A stretch of DNA of 64,000 nucleotides from Polyangiales bacterium (GCA_044229975.1 JBGARZ010000012.1:128001-192000), one strand, 5' to 3'; shown: positions 41,368-54,618, counted from the stretch's first letter. Translations and numbers: made by a program. The notes: a model not told the origin generated them from the sequence alone.

Positions 41368-41662
41368 ACTGGAGCGGGGGTTGCGGCGAGGGCCGGGGTT
41401 CACAGTGCAGGCTCCGCGTCCGTCGCGCTCCGTTCACCCCGGTCAATGGTAGGGGGTCACCCCGCCGCTGCGCGACGGGGTTGCAAGCAGAAGATCCATC
41501 GCGATCCCAATCGACACCGTGGAGGTCGCGACCTCTGTTGCAACCCCGTCGCGCAGCGGCGGGGTGACCCCCCTACCATTGCCCGGGGTGAACGGAGCGC
41601 GACGGACGCGGAGCCTGCACTGTGAACCCCGGCCCACGTCGCGAACGCCGACCCGCTGAACT
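41357..41662. repeat. Long palindromic REPIN/MITE-like element between 14-bp direct repeats
   Basis: Arms of about 97 bp at 41390-41486 and 41538-41635 (1 mismatch, 1 indel); CGACCCGCTGAACT at 41357-41370 and 41649-41662. Confidence 0.88.
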
Positions 41663-42200
41663 ACCCGAAGAGCGCCTGCACCTCGGGTGGCGCCGCCGCC
41701 AGGTATCGCTCCCGCCACGGCACGTCGGTCGGCGCGCCATGCGCGATGAGCTTCGGCACCATCGCCCACTGCTTGTGCATCAGCGCGTACTCCAGCAGCG
41801 AGTGCGACCCCACGCCCTCCAGCGGAAAGTCCACCGGAACCCCGAGGCCCAGCAGGTAGTCGACCATCGCCGTGTTGCCCCAGATCACCGAGCGTTGCAG
41901 TGGCATCTCGCACACCCGCCGCTCGCGCACTGCGACGTCGGGCCACCGGGCGAGCACCCACTCGCAGGCGGCGACCGCGCCGATGGTTCCCGCGGAGCAG
42001 AAGGCGCCGTCGGCGGGCGCGGGCGCGTTCGGCGACGAGGCGGGCGACGCGGTGCATGTTGGCGTTGCATGCGAAGTGGAGCGGGCTCTGCTCGCCCGTG
42101 TCGAAGACGTCGACCGAGGCCCCGGCGTCGAGCAGGAACGTCACCGCGTCGAGGCACGCGGCCTCGTCCATGTGGAGGTTCCAGCAGGCGAGCGCGACGA
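41661..42200 (-). pseudogene. Ankyrin-repeat gene, frameshifted and probably 5'-truncated
   Basis: FLLDAGASVDVFDTGEQSPLHFAC in one frame and GNTAMVDYLLGLG...LIAHGA in another; the frame switches at about 42015-42025 in a CGCCCG repeat. Confidence 0.7.
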
Positions 42201-42360
42201 CGCTACGACGGATCGACGGTGGCGAAAGGCGAGCTGCGGACCGGCGTTGCCCGGTCGGCAACGTCGATCAGCACGATGCTTTCCGGCGTTGCCGCGCGCC
42301 CGGTCGTGAGACTCTCGATGCTTGGATGACGCTGGCGCATCGCCAGGAGGAGACACGCAG

Positions 42361-43038
42361 ATGCCAACGTTGAGAACGCAGGTGGGCAACCCCGGGGCGC
42401 GTCGTGAGGTCGGGCAGAAGGTGCTCTCCGCCGCAGCCGTGGTCGACGTGAAGCGCATCAAGGTGCGGCTGGCGGCCTTCAAGAGGGCACACGAGGCCTT
42501 CGTGCGGGCGAGCGACAAGGTGCAGGCGGCGGAGGCCGTTCGGGATGCGGCGCACGCGGCGGTGGCGGCGGCCGACGTGGTGCAGGACTCCTCCATCGAC
42601 GTGCTGGTGCTGGCGCTGGTGACGGCGGGCGCGCCGCGGCTGTCGCCGCTGAAGGGGCTGTCGACGTACTCGCCGAGCGACCTCAAGAGCCTCGCCACGG
42701 CGAAGGAGGCGAAGGAACTTCAGAAGGTGGTCGCGGCGATCACGAAGAAGGGCGCGGCGAAGGGCGCGCTGCGCAAGCCGACGAAGGCGGCCAACGACGC
42801 GGCGGCGGCGGTGCTGAAGGCGATCGCGTCGGTGGTTCCGCGGGAGCGGCTGTACCAGGAGTCGCTGGCGGAGCGGGACGCGCTGAGCCAGCCGTGGGAG
42901 ACGGCGCTCGCGTACCTCAAGCGGGCCGTGCGCGTGGCCGAAGATGATGGAGCGACGGGGTTGTTCGCGGCGCTGTTCGAGCGCACCGCGGAGGCGCCGA
43001 AGAAGAAGCCCGCGAAGGGCGCGGCGCCGGTGGCGTGA
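42361..43038 (+). CDS. Hypothetical Ala/Lys-rich helical protein
   Basis: AGGAGG RBS before ATG 42361; host-like codon usage. Confidence 0.72.
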   Translation: MPTLRTQVGNPGARREVGQKVLSAAAVVDVKRIKVRLAAFKRAHEAFVRASDKVQAAEAVRDAAHAAVAAADVVQDSSIDVLVLALVTAGAPRLSPLKGLSTYSPSDLKSLATAKEAKELQKVVAAITKKGAAKGALRKPTKAANDAAAAVLKAIASVVPRERLYQESLAERDALSQPWETALAYLKRAVRVAEDDGATGLFAALFERTAEAPKKKPAKGAAPVA

Positions 43039-43053
43039 AGGCGCCGCAGCCCA

Positions 43054-44745
43054 TCACCCCTCCGCGGAGAGCACCTCGCGCACCTTGCGCAGCAGCGCGT
43101 CGGGCGGCGCGGGCTTCGCCAGAAACGCCGTCCCCGCGTTGAGCACGCCGTGGTGGACGATGGCGTCCTCGGTGTAGCCCGACACGTAGAGCACCTTCAT
43201 CCCGGGGCGCGTCGGCGCGATGCGCTCCACCAGCTCGCGGCCGCTCATGTGCGGCATCACCACGTCGGTGAGCAGCAGGTGGATGCGCCCCGCGAAGGCC
43301 GCGCCCACGCGCAGCGCCTCGCCGCCGTCGCTCGCCTCGATGACCTCGTAGCCGCTGCGCTGGAGGATCGCGCGGTTCATCCGGCGCACCTGCTCGTCGT
43401 CCTCGACCAGTAGCACCGTCTCCGACCCGCGCAGCGTGGCCGACGACGGCGGCGCCCTCTCGACCACCACGGCCGCTCGATCGGTGCACGGCAGGTACAC
43501 CCTGAACGTCGTCCCGCGCCCAGGCTCGCTGTCGACCTCGATGTGCCCGTGGCTCTGCTGCACGATGCCGAAGACCGTCGAGAGCCCCAGCCCCGTCCCC
43601 TTCCCCGTCTCCTTCGTCGTGAAGAACGGCTCGAAGATCCGCTCGCGCGTCGACGCGTCCATGCCGGCGCCGGTGTCCGTGACCGCGAGCACGACGTGGC
43701 GCCCGGCGGTCGCCTCGGTGTAGGCGGCGTCGAGCGTCGCGCCCGCGACCTCGATGGTGAGCTTGCCCCCGCGGGGCATCGCGTCGCGCGCGTTGACCGC
43801 CAGGTTCATCACGATCTGCTCCATCTGCCCCGGGTCGGCGTACACCTTCCCCGCGGGGCGCGACGCGAGCAGCGAGAGCTCGATGTCCTCGCCGATGAGC
43901 CGCCGGAGCATCTTCTCCATGTCGGTCACCACGGCGCCGAGGTCGATCACCTGCGGCTGGAGCATCTGCTGGCGGCTGAAGGCGAGGAGCTGCCGCGTGA
44001 GGTCTGACGCCCGCTCGCTCGCGCGGAGGATCTGCTCGATGTTCTCGCGGACGGGTTCGTCGGGCCGCAGCTCGTCGAGCGCGAAGGTCGCGTAGCCGAA
44101 GATCACCGACAGCAGGTTGTTGAAGTCGTGCGCCAGGCCGCCCGCGAGGCGACCGACGGCCTCCATCTTCTGCGCCTGCCGGAGCCGCGACTCGCTCTCG
44201 CGCAGGGCCTGCTCCGCCTTCTCCCGCGCCGCGATGTCCCTCTGCAGAACCCGGTTGCTCTCTTCGAGCTCCAGGGACTTCTGCTCCAGCTTGCGGATGA
44301 GCGTCTCGCTGTACTCCCGCAGCATGTCGTCGCCGCCCGCGGGGGCCCTGGACGACGGCGTCGGGGCGCCCCGCTCGTCGCGCGCGAGCACCTCGCCCAG
44401 GCGGTCGAGGAAGGCCACGGGCTCGGTGGGCTTCAGGATGAACGCGTCGGCGCCCAGGCGGAGCGCGAGCTGCTCGTCCTCGGGGTCGGTGTACGTCGCC
44501 GTGTAGACGATGAACGGGATGTCCTTGAGGTGCGCGTCTGCCCTCCAGTGACGCAGCAGGGTGTAGCCGTCCATCACGGGCATCAGCAGGTCGGAGATGA
44601 CCACGTCGGGCGTCGCCTGCCGGGCCTTCACCAGGGCCTCGGCGCCGTGGCGGGCGACCTCCACCTCGTGGCCGCCGGGCCCCAGCAGGGCGCGGAGGTA
44701 GTAGAGGTTCTCCTCCTTGTCGTCGACGACGAGCACGCGCGTCAT
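43054..44745 (-). CDS. Hybrid sensor histidine kinase (REC-HisKA-HATPase-REC)
   Basis: VLVVDD...[33 protein letters not shown]-terminal LLVEDD...DVVMP. Confidence 0.95.
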   Translation of the reverse strand: MTRVLVVDDKEENLYYLRALLGPGGHEVEVARHGAEALVKARQATPDVVISDLLMPVMDGYTLLRHWRADAHLKDIPFIVYTATYTDPEDEQLALRLGADAFILKPTEPVAFLDRLGEVLARDERGAPTPSSRAPAGGDDMLREYSETLIRKLEQKSLELEESNRVLQRDIAAREKAEQALRESESRLRQAQKMEAVGRLAGGLAHDFNNLLSVIFGYATFALDELRPDEPVRENIEQILRASERASDLTRQLLAFSRQQMLQPQVIDLGAVVTDMEKMLRRLIGEDIELSLLASRPAGKVYADPGQMEQIVMNLAVNARDAMPRGGKLTIEVAGATLDAAYTEATAGRHVVLAVTDTGAGMDASTRERIFEPFFTTKETGKGTGLGLSTVFGIVQQSHGHIEVDSEPGRGTTFRVYLPCTDRAAVVVERAPPSSATLRGSETVLLVEDDEQVRRMNRAILQRSGYEVIEASDGGEALRVGAAFAGRIHLLLTDVVMPHMSGRELVERIAPTRPGMKVLYVSGYTEDAIVHHGVLNAGTAFLAKPAPPDALLRKVREVLSAEG

Positions 44746-45128
44746 GGATCACTCCCCGGCGGCGCAGAGAGGCTGCGCTCCACCTCCGCGACGAAGGTCT
44801 CGGGGTTGATGGGCTTCTCGATGTAGCCGGTGCAGCCGGCCTCCAGCGCGCGCTCGCGGTCGCCCGGCATCGCGTAGGAGGTGACGGCGACGATGGGGAC
44901 CGACCGCAGCTGGTCGAGGGCCCGCAGACCGCGCGCCACGGCGTAGCCGTCCATGGTGGGGAGCTGGATGTCGAGCAGCACCACCGCGGGCGCCCGCTCG
45001 CGCGCCGCCTCGATGCCGCGCGCCCCGTCGGCGACGGACCGCACCGTGTAGCCGTGGCGCTCCAGCAGGAAGGTCACCAGGTAGCGGTTCTGCTCATTGT
45101 CCTCGATCAACAACACGTCTCGCGTCAT
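44742..45128 (-). CDS. Single-domain response regulator (DivK-like)
   Basis: [11 protein letters not shown]...LLDIQLP...VTS...KPI; ATGA overlap with the next gene. Confidence 0.93.
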   Translation of the reverse strand: MTRDVLLIEDNEQNRYLVTFLLERHGYTVRSVADGARGIEAARERAPAVVLLDIQLPTMDGYAVARGLRALDQLRSVPIVAVTSYAMPGDRERALEAGCTGYIEKPINPETFVAEVERSLSAPPGSDP

Positions 45129-45133
45129 CGGAC

Positions 45134-47578
<2,445 letters not shown>

Positions 47579-47752
47579 GGGGTTGGAGGCGGCGACAGTG
47601 ACATAACCCGCGGGATTGCTCGCGTGGTTGTTCGAGGAAGCGCGCGGGATGCTTCCATCCACGAACCGGTAGATGCCGCGTGGGCGTGCGCGTCACGCTG
47701 CGACATCATGTCGCGAGCCGCGCAGGGGGGCGGTGGTGCTATCCCCGCCCGC

Positions 47753-48766
47753 ATGAACTCCTCCTTCGCGCGCTCCCTCGTCGCCGTCTCTGTCGTCGCA
47801 CTCGCGGGCTGTGGCGATGACACCCCGACGCCCGCCGCCGACGCCGGCATCGACGCGCCGCGCGCCGACGTCCAGACGGTGCCCGACGTGCAGACAGCAC
47901 CCGATGTGCAGACCGCTACCGACGTCCACACCCAGGCGGGCGATGGACCGCAGCCGGTCACCATCAACTTCGGCGCGACGGTCGGGTCGAGGGCGTTTCG
48001 CTGCGGCGACCGCTACATGCTCGGGACGCCCGCGGTGGAGGCCGACGTGGTCGACCTGCGGTTCTATGTGCACGACGTGCGGCTGGTGCGCGCCGACGGG
48101 AGCGAGGCGCCGGTCGCGCTCACGGCCAGCACGTGGCAGCACGAGGGCGTCGCGCTCATCGACTTCGAGAACCACACCGGGGCCTGCGATCAGGGCGACG
48201 CGGAGACCAACACCGCCCTCGTCGGGTCGGTCGCACCCGGCGCGTACGTGGGGTTGCGCTTCAAGGTGGGCGTTCCGTTTGCGATGAACCACGCCGACCT
48301 CGCGTCGCTCCCATCGCCCCTCAACCGCAGCTCGCTCTTCTGGAGCTGGAACTCGGGTCACCTCTTCTTCGCCGCGGTCACCCGCGCCGCCGCGACGCGC
48401 CCCGTCACCCTCGACGGCGGCGTCGCCGACGGCTCGGTGACCGGCGACCTCGGCTCGATGATGGTCATGAACGACCACTTCACCCACGTCGGCTCCACCG
48501 GCTGCATGGGCAACCCCGCCGCCGGGACGCCCGTCACCACCTGCGCGAAGCCCAACCGCCCGGAGATCAACTTCGCGGCCTTCGATCCGTCGCGGCAGCG
48601 CGTCGTGGTCGATCTCGCGGTGGTGAAGGCCGGCGACGACATCACGGCCAACGCGGGCTGCCACTCGTTTACACCGTCGTGCACGCCGTCGTTCCGAACG
48701 CTCGGCCTCGACTGGACGACGGGCGCGGCCGCGGCGGCGACGCAGACGGCGTTCAGGGTCGAGTGA
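47753..48766 (+). CDS. mbnP: MbnP-family copper-binding lipoprotein
   Basis: Lipobox LAGC; DLRFYVHDV, LIDFEN, GVPFAMNH and WSWNSG (WxW); upstream of a di-heme enzyme. Confidence 0.82.
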   Translation: MNSSFARSLVAVSVVALAGCGDDTPTPAADAGIDAPRADVQTVPDVQTAPDVQTATDVHTQAGDGPQPVTINFGATVGSRAFRCGDRYMLGTPAVEADVVDLRFYVHDVRLVRADGSEAPVALTASTWQHEGVALIDFENHTGACDQGDAETNTALVGSVAPGAYVGLRFKVGVPFAMNHADLASLPSPLNRSSLFWSWNSGHLFFAAVTRAAATRPVTLDGGVADGSVTGDLGSMMVMNDHFTHVGSTGCMGNPAAGTPVTTCAKPNRPEINFAAFDPSRQRVVVDLAVVKAGDDITANAGCHSFTPSCTPSFRTLGLDWTTGAAAAATQTAFRVE

Positions 48767-50013
48767 AGTCCGCGGGGCTGGGGCTGTTGCTGTCGGTGAC
48801 GGCGGCCCTCGCGGGCTGTCCTGGCCCCACCGATGTGCCCGTCGACGCCCACACCGACGACCGCGGGTCATCCGTCACCGATGCAGGCACCGCGGACGTC
48901 GCGGACGTCGCGGATGTCACCGATGTGGGCGATGGGTATGCGTGGCGGTTGCCGCCGGGGTTTCCGCAGCCGGTGGTTCCGGCCGACAACCCGATGTCGG
49001 CAGTGAAGGTGGAGCTCGGGCGGCACCTCTTCTACGACCGACGTCTGTCGGACAATGGGACGCAGGCGTGCGCGTCGTGCCATGAGCAGGCGCGGGCGTT
49101 CACGGATGGGAGGGAGACGTCCATCGGGTCGACGGGGCAGATGCACCCGCGCAACTCCATGGGGCTCGCCAACGTGGCGTATGCCACGACGCTCACGTGG
49201 GCCAACCCGCTGCTGCTCACGCTCGAACAACAGGCGTTGGTTCCGATGTTCGGGCGCGAGCCGGTGGAGCTCGGCCTGGCGGGGACGGAGGCGCGGCTCT
49301 TCGAACGGCTGCGCGCCGAGCCGCGGTACGTCGCGCTCTTCCCGCGGGCGTTTCCGGGCGAGGGCGAGACGTTCACGGTGGCCAACATCGCGCGCGCGTT
49401 GGCGAGCTTCCAGCGCACGCTCATCTCGGGCGGGTCACCGTACGACCGGCAGGTGTACGGCGGCGACACGACGGCGCTGTCGGCGAGCGCGGTGCGCGGC
49501 GCGGAGCTGTTCAACTCCGAGCGGCTGGAGTGCTTCCACTGCCACAACGGGTTCAACCTGACGGACTCGGTGAACTACGTCGGGCGCAGCACCTTCGAGG
49601 CGCGCTTCCACAACACCGGGCTCTACAACCTCAACGGAACGGGCGCCTACCCGGAGCCCAACACCGGCGTCTACTCCATCACCGGGCTCGCGGCGGACAT
49701 GGGTCGCTTCCGCGCGCAGAGCCTCCGCAACGTGGCCGTCACCGCGCCGTACATGCACGACGGCAGCGTCGCGACGCTCAACGACGCCATCGACCACTAC
49801 GCCGCCGCGGGCCGCACCATCACGAGCGGACCCAACGCGGGCGTCGGCAGCCAGAGCCCGCTGCGCAGCGGCTTCCTCGTGGGCTTCGCGGTGACACCCG
49901 AAGAGCGCGCCGACCTCATCGCCTTCCTGGAGAGCCTCACCGATCGGGAGTTTCTGACCAACCCCGCGCACGCCGACCCGTGGCCGTCGCCGTGCGTCCA
50001 CTGCGGCGACTGA
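48763..50013 (+). CDS. mbnH: MbnH-family di-heme cytochrome c peroxidase-like enzyme
   Basis: PADNPMS..KVELGRHLFYD.RLS, CASCH, CFHCH and SLRNVAVTAPYMHDGS motifs. Confidence 0.9.
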   Translation: MKSAGLGLLLSVTAALAGCPGPTDVPVDAHTDDRGSSVTDAGTADVADVADVTDVGDGYAWRLPPGFPQPVVPADNPMSAVKVELGRHLFYDRRLSDNGTQACASCHEQARAFTDGRETSIGSTGQMHPRNSMGLANVAYATTLTWANPLLLTLEQQALVPMFGREPVELGLAGTEARLFERLRAEPRYVALFPRAFPGEGETFTVANIARALASFQRTLISGGSPYDRQVYGGDTTALSASAVRGAELFNSERLECFHCHNGFNLTDSVNYVGRSTFEARFHNTGLYNLNGTGAYPEPNTGVYSITGLAADMGRFRAQSLRNVAVTAPYMHDGSVATLNDAIDHYAAAGRTITSGPNAGVGSQSPLRSGFLVGFAVTPEERADLIAFLESLTDREFLTNPAHADPWPSPCVHCGD

Positions 50014-50059
50014 CGGGGCGCTTGCGAGGTGGGGCGCGGGCGGTCTACGCCATGCGGCC

Positions 50060-52612
50060 ATGAGCGAGCCCGCCATCGACGACCTCGAAGCCCTGCGGCA
50101 GTGGCTCGCGACGCGACCGGAGCCCGCCGCCGTCCGCGCCCTCGCCGCCCGCTTCAACGTTCGCACTCCGGGTCCAGTCACCCGCGAACAGCTCGTTCGC
50201 CTCGCCGCCGTCGAGCACCCCGACGCCCTCCCCGATCTGCTGTCCCCCATCGTCGCGGCCGACCCGCTCGAACGACCGCTCTACGCCGCCGCCGGCGAGG
50301 CGCTCGGGGTCGCCTGCGCGAAGCGGAAGGTCGCCTCCCCCGGCGGCAGCTACGCCAACCTCCTCCAGCTCGCGACCGTCGAAGCGCAGGGCGCGTACCT
50401 CCGCGACGCCGGCGCCGTCATCCATGTCTACGAGGTGTGGTGCCTCGGCACCTGGCTGGCACCGCGCGCCGTCGCGCTGCCCGCGTGGGTCAAGCGCGCC
50501 TACGGGGCGGCGCTGATCGGGTGCGTTGCGCGGGCGCAGAAGCACGAGCGCTCGTCGCTGTTTCCCTTCGCGGCGCTGCTCGACGCGGCGGAGGTCGAGC
50601 AGTTTCTGCGCGCGTGTGCGAAGCGCGCGGGGCACTTCGAGGTCGCGCTCGCCCGCGTCGCTGAACAGGGCTTTGCGCAGTGCGCCGACGGGGTCGCCGC
50701 GCTGCTCGACGACGAGACCATCGGGCGCGTCGCGGCCACGGCGCTCGCGACCATGGGCGAGGTCGGAGCCGCCGCCGCGGGGCGTGTGCTCCTGGCCAAC
50801 AGCACGGCGTCGAGCGCTGTCGAACGCGCTCGCGTGATCGTGTCGCTGCCGCCACCGCCGTTTCCGTTGTGGGCGGGACAGCAGCGCTCGATGCCCCGCT
50901 TCGGCCGTGACCCGAGCGTCGACCTGCAACCACGGTCTGCGACCGATGCAACGGCGCGGAAGGAGCCCACCGCCCTCGCCGCCATCGAGCGCGCCATCAC
51001 CGAGCGCCCCGGCGCCGACCTGCTGACCCCCGACGGGTGGGCCGACCTCCTCCAGATCGTCGCCCTCGACCCGCACCTCGCCGACGTCCCGGGCGCCTAC
51101 GAGCGCGCCCTGCGTGGTGGGCGTCTCGGTCGCGGCGCCGACCCCGACGCGCTCACCGCGGCGCTCGACGAGGTGCGCTGGGACGCCGCCATCACCCGGC
51201 ACTACCCGGCCAGCGAGTGGGGCGTCGGGTGGGCGCTCCTGTGGGCGGGGGCCGATCGCGCGGTGTATCGACACGCCATCGCGCGCTTCGAAATGGCGCG
51301 GGTGACCGAGGTCCTCGGCGCCCGGGAGAACCAGCTCTCGGGCGCCCTCAAGGCGCTGCGCCCCGCGTGGGCTCCCGGCATCGAGGCGCTGCTCAAGCAC
51401 TACGGCGCCAACCGCAACGAGACCGCGTGGCAGGGCCTCCCGGCGCTGCTCGCCTCGATCGATGCGCCCGCCGCCGAGGTCGAGCTCGCGGCGCCGTCAC
51501 CTGACCTCTGGATCACCGGCCGCGTACAGGGCGCTCGTCGCTTCACCGTGCGCCTCCGCCGCGACGTGACGCTCACCGTCGACGTCGACGCCGAGCGTTG
51601 GACCGTCACCACGTCGCAGGTGATGTCCGGCGCCACGCCGCCGCTCGACGCCGACCGCGGCGTGTGTTTCGCCGTCGAGGTCGCGCGCGACGGCATGTAC
51701 GTCGGCATCGACGGCGCGGTGATGCACGGTGCCTTCATGGGCTTGCCCGCGGAGGCGGGCTCGGTGCGCGTCACGGCCGAGGGCGACGGGGCAGCGGTCG
51801 TCGAGCTGACGCTGCGGGCGAAGTACACGGTGCGCGCGGCCGAGGCGGCGTTTGCGCTCCTCAACGGGCTCGATACGGCGCAGGGGTACACCGACGTCGC
51901 GGGGGTGCGCTCGGCGTCGGCGGCCCACGCGCTCGCGGCGGCGGCGATGCTCCTCGACGAGCCGGGTGCGACGTTCGCGCGCGGTGCGTTGCTGACGATG
52001 GGAGGCGACGAGGCCGAACCGTGGCGACGGCACCTGGGCGACGCCGGCGGAACACCGGCCGCAGCGACGGCCTTCGCGGTGCGGAGCTTCGAGGACGTCG
52101 TTCGCGTGCTGCACGACCTCAAGCTCGGGGCGAAGGCGCGCGGCAAGAAGCCGGTGGTGCTGCGCCGCGGACAGACCCAGCGGGACAACTACGAGTACGC
52201 GTCCTTCGCGCCGAAGCCCGAGACGGAGGACTGGGGCGCGCGCAAGGCGGTTCCGTTTCCTGCGGTGTATCTGTCGGAGGAGCCCGCGCCGCTCGACAGC
52301 ATCACGTACTTCGGCGACGCGCTCTCGCGGCTGCCGTGCCTCTGCCGCAAGGGACGCGGGACCCACGCCCGCGTGAGCTACTGCGTCGACGACGGCAACT
52401 ACCTCGTCGCCTCGCTGGAGCTCGTCGACGGCGGCGACGACTCGTACGGCTGGTCCGACGTGATGGCGGCGGCGTGGCGGGTCGACGAGGGCTGGTGCTG
52501 GGCGATGCTGGAGGGCAGCGACGAGCCGCTGCGCGCGCTCATGGGGGTGGCCGCGCTGCCCCCGCAGGTCGAGTGGAAGAGCGCCGACCGCGTGGTCATC
52601 GGCGACTGGTAG
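50060..52612 (+). CDS. Large hypothetical protein
   Basis: 850-aa ORF with host-like codon usage; no recognised motif. Confidence 0.7.
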   Translation: MSEPAIDDLEALRQWLATRPEPAAVRALAARFNVRTPGPVTREQLVRLAAVEHPDALPDLLSPIVAADPLERPLYAAAGEALGVACAKRKVASPGGSYANLLQLATVEAQGAYLRDAGAVIHVYEVWCLGTWLAPRAVALPAWVKRAYGAALIGCVARAQKHERSSLFPFAALLDAAEVEQFLRACAKRAGHFEVALARVAEQGFAQCADGVAALLDDETIGRVAATALATMGEVGAAAAGRVLLANSTASSAVERARVIVSLPPPPFPLWAGQQRSMPRFGRDPSVDLQPRSATDATARKEPTALAAIERAITERPGADLLTPDGWADLLQIVALDPHLADVPGAYERALRGGRLGRGADPDALTAALDEVRWDAAITRHYPASEWGVGWALLWAGADRAVYRHAIARFEMARVTEVLGARENQLSGALKALRPAWAPGIEALLKHYGANRNETAWQGLPALLASIDAPAAEVELAAPSPDLWITGRVQGARRFTVRLRRDVTLTVDVDAERWTVTTSQVMSGATPPLDADRGVCFAVEVARDGMYVGIDGAVMHGAFMGLPAEAGSVRVTAEGDGAAVVELTLRAKYTVRAAEAAFALLNGLDTAQGYTDVAGVRSASAAHALAAAAMLLDEPGATFARGALLTMGGDEAEPWRRHLGDAGGTPAAATAFAVRSFEDVVRVLHDLKLGAKARGKKPVVLRRGQTQRDNYEYASFAPKPETEDWGARKAVPFPAVYLSEEPAPLDSITYFGDALSRLPCLCRKGRGTHARVSYCVDDGNYLVASLELVDGGDDSYGWSDVMAAAWRVDEGWCWAMLEGSDEPLRALMGVAALPPQVEWKSADRVVIGDW

Positions 52613-52630
52613 GGGCGGCTGCGGAGGAGA

Positions 52631-52761
52631 CAGCCGCAAGGGCGCAAGGGGCGCAAGGGCAGATGGGGTGAGCATGGATTGAAGGATTCGTTGCTGCGGT
52701 CGTGGGAGACCTCGCTCTACGAATCGTTCTGTCCCTTGCGACCCTTGCGTCCTTGCGGCTG
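52631..52761. repeat. REP-like inverted doublet between convergent genes (same family as 17121)
   Basis: CAGCCGCAAGGGCGCAAGGGGCGCAAGGGCAGA ... TCTGTCCCTTGCGACCCTTGCGTCCTTGCGGCTG. Confidence 0.82.
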
Positions 52762-52790
52762 ATTCCGGCGTGGCGCGCTCACCCGCTCTG

Positions 52791-54608
52791 TCAGGACGCA
52801 CCCTCGACGCGACGGGTGTGGGCGGCCGTCACCGCCGCGCGGGCGTCAGCGTCGTCGAGCACGTGCGCCGCGGCCAGTGCTCGCTCGGGCCAGCGGCGCT
52901 CCGTCACACCGCGCAACAGGACCGCGGAGCGGCGGTCGGGCGGGAGCGCGCGGAGGGCCCTCTCGCGCACACGGGCGAGCGACGTGTCCCAGTAGGACAG
53001 CGCCTCGACGCCCTCCTCGTCGAAGGTGATGAACCCGTCCCACGAAGGGTCGACGGTCTCACCGCGATCGCCTGCGGTGGCGAGGGCGGCGAGTATCTGT
53101 TGGTGGCGCGTTCGCTTCCTCTCTCGCGGGGTCGACTCCCACACCCGCGCGAGGTGCGGCAGGGCGGCAGGGCCGAAGCGCCCGACCACCTCGACTTCGA
53201 GGTAGACGTTGGTGACGTCGCGATCGAAGAAGCGCCCGAGCAGCGCGTCGTCGGGCCACGCGAGCAGCGCTGCGAGCCCACGGCCGTAGTAGACCGGCTC
53301 GCCCAGCGCGCGCTCGGCCAGGGCCATGACGTCGGCGCGCGGCAGCGCCCGCAGCCCGTCCACGTAGGGGCGAATGCTCTCGTGGTAGACGCCCGAGAAG
53401 AACTCGAAGTGCAGCAAGGCGACGAGCGACGGCGGGACGGCGAGGCCGCGGTCGACGAAGCGGCGCGCGGCGATCACCGCGAGCATCTCGCGCACCGCGC
53501 GGGCGTGGTTGTCGTCGGGCAGCGCCTCGGCCGCGGCGAGCAGCGCGTCGGGCGCGTCGTCGCGATCGACCTCGACGAGGCGAAGCTCCAGGGCGAGCTG
53601 GTCGTTGCTGCCGAAGGACCCGCGGCGCGCCAGCAGCGTCGCGAGCTCGGCCGCGGTGCAGGCCCGCAGGGCGTCGTGCGCGTTGCGGAGGTCGATCTGC
53701 TTCGCCGCGAGGGCGGCCTTCACCATGGCGGCGTCCCAGTCGGCGGCGGTTCCGAAGCGCAGCGCCACCGCGCGCACCGCGGCGGGATCGCTGACCCGCG
53801 GACGGGTGACGGCGCCGTCGTCGACGCGGGCGAGCTCCTGGTTGGAGGCGAGGCCGTGCTTCACCTGCACGGTCGCAAACTCCGTGAGCAGCGACCGCGC
53901 GCGCACGGAGGCGACCGCCACGCCCGAACGGCCGCGCACGAAGTCGAGCGAGCGCCGGGCGGCCTCGCCGAGCTCACGACCGCGGTCCTCGAAGAGTGCA
54001 GGGTCGCGTTGGTACGCGGCGAAGAGGAGGACATCGAGGGAACGCGCGGAGCCTGCCACCCACCACGCCCCCGGGCCGTACTTGAAGAGCTTCGAAAAGT
54101 CCTTGCCCGTGGGCACCTTCGCCAGCAACGCGAGCACCGTCGCAGGGTCGGCGAGGGCGGCGTCTTCGGCGAGGAAGTCCCAGAAGCCGGGCATGCGCTC
54201 GCCCTCCACCAGCCCGTGCTCCAGCAGAAACCACCCGATGGCGTGCCGCCCTTCCCACGCGCCGGTGACCTTCTGGATCGCCTCACCGAAGCCGTACGCC
54301 TCCCCGCCCGCGGCCTTCCCCACGCGCAGGATCAGCGCCTCGACCTGGGCGTCGGTGAGGCCCGGGTACGACGGCCGCGCGACCGCGGGCGCCTCGACCG
54401 CGCCAGCCGCCCGCGCGTAGCCCTGGCGCTCACGCTGCGCGACCATGCGGAGGCGCACGCCCTCGGCCGTCGCCTCGCTGTCGCAGTGGTGCTCGCGCAC
54501 GATGGGTGTCGCGCCCGCGCTGCTCGCGCGCTCGGTGATCACCGCGCCCGCGCGCTCGAACTCCCAGACGTCGCTCCGACCGTCGACCGTTCGCTCCCAG
54601 CGTTGCAT
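52791..54608 (-). CDS. Protein with a degenerate N-terminal WGR-like domain and a helical C-terminal region
   Basis: DVWEFERAGAVITER...SEATAE...QRERQGY follows the WGR domain pattern but lacks the literal WGR motif. Confidence 0.62.
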   Translation of the reverse strand: MQRWERTVDGRSDVWEFERAGAVITERASSAGATPIVREHHCDSEATAEGVRLRMVAQRERQGYARAAGAVEAPAVARPSYPGLTDAQVEALILRVGKAAGGEAYGFGEAIQKVTGAWEGRHAIGWFLLEHGLVEGERMPGFWDFLAEDAALADPATVLALLAKVPTGKDFSKLFKYGPGAWWVAGSARSLDVLLFAAYQRDPALFEDRGRELGEAARRSLDFVRGRSGVAVASVRARSLLTEFATVQVKHGLASNQELARVDDGAVTRPRVSDPAAVRAVALRFGTAADWDAAMVKAALAAKQIDLRNAHDALRACTAAELATLLARRGSFGSNDQLALELRLVEVDRDDAPDALLAAAEALPDDNHARAVREMLAVIAARRFVDRGLAVPPSLVALLHFEFFSGVYHESIRPYVDGLRALPRADVMALAERALGEPVYYGRGLAALLAWPDDALLGRFFDRDVTNVYLEVEVVGRFGPAALPHLARVWESTPRERKRTRHQQILAALATAGDRGETVDPSWDGFITFDEEGVEALSYWDTSLARVRERALRALPPDRRSAVLLRGVTERRWPERALAAAHVLDDADARAAVTAAHTRRVEGAS

Positions 54609-54618
54609 CGTCGCTGCC

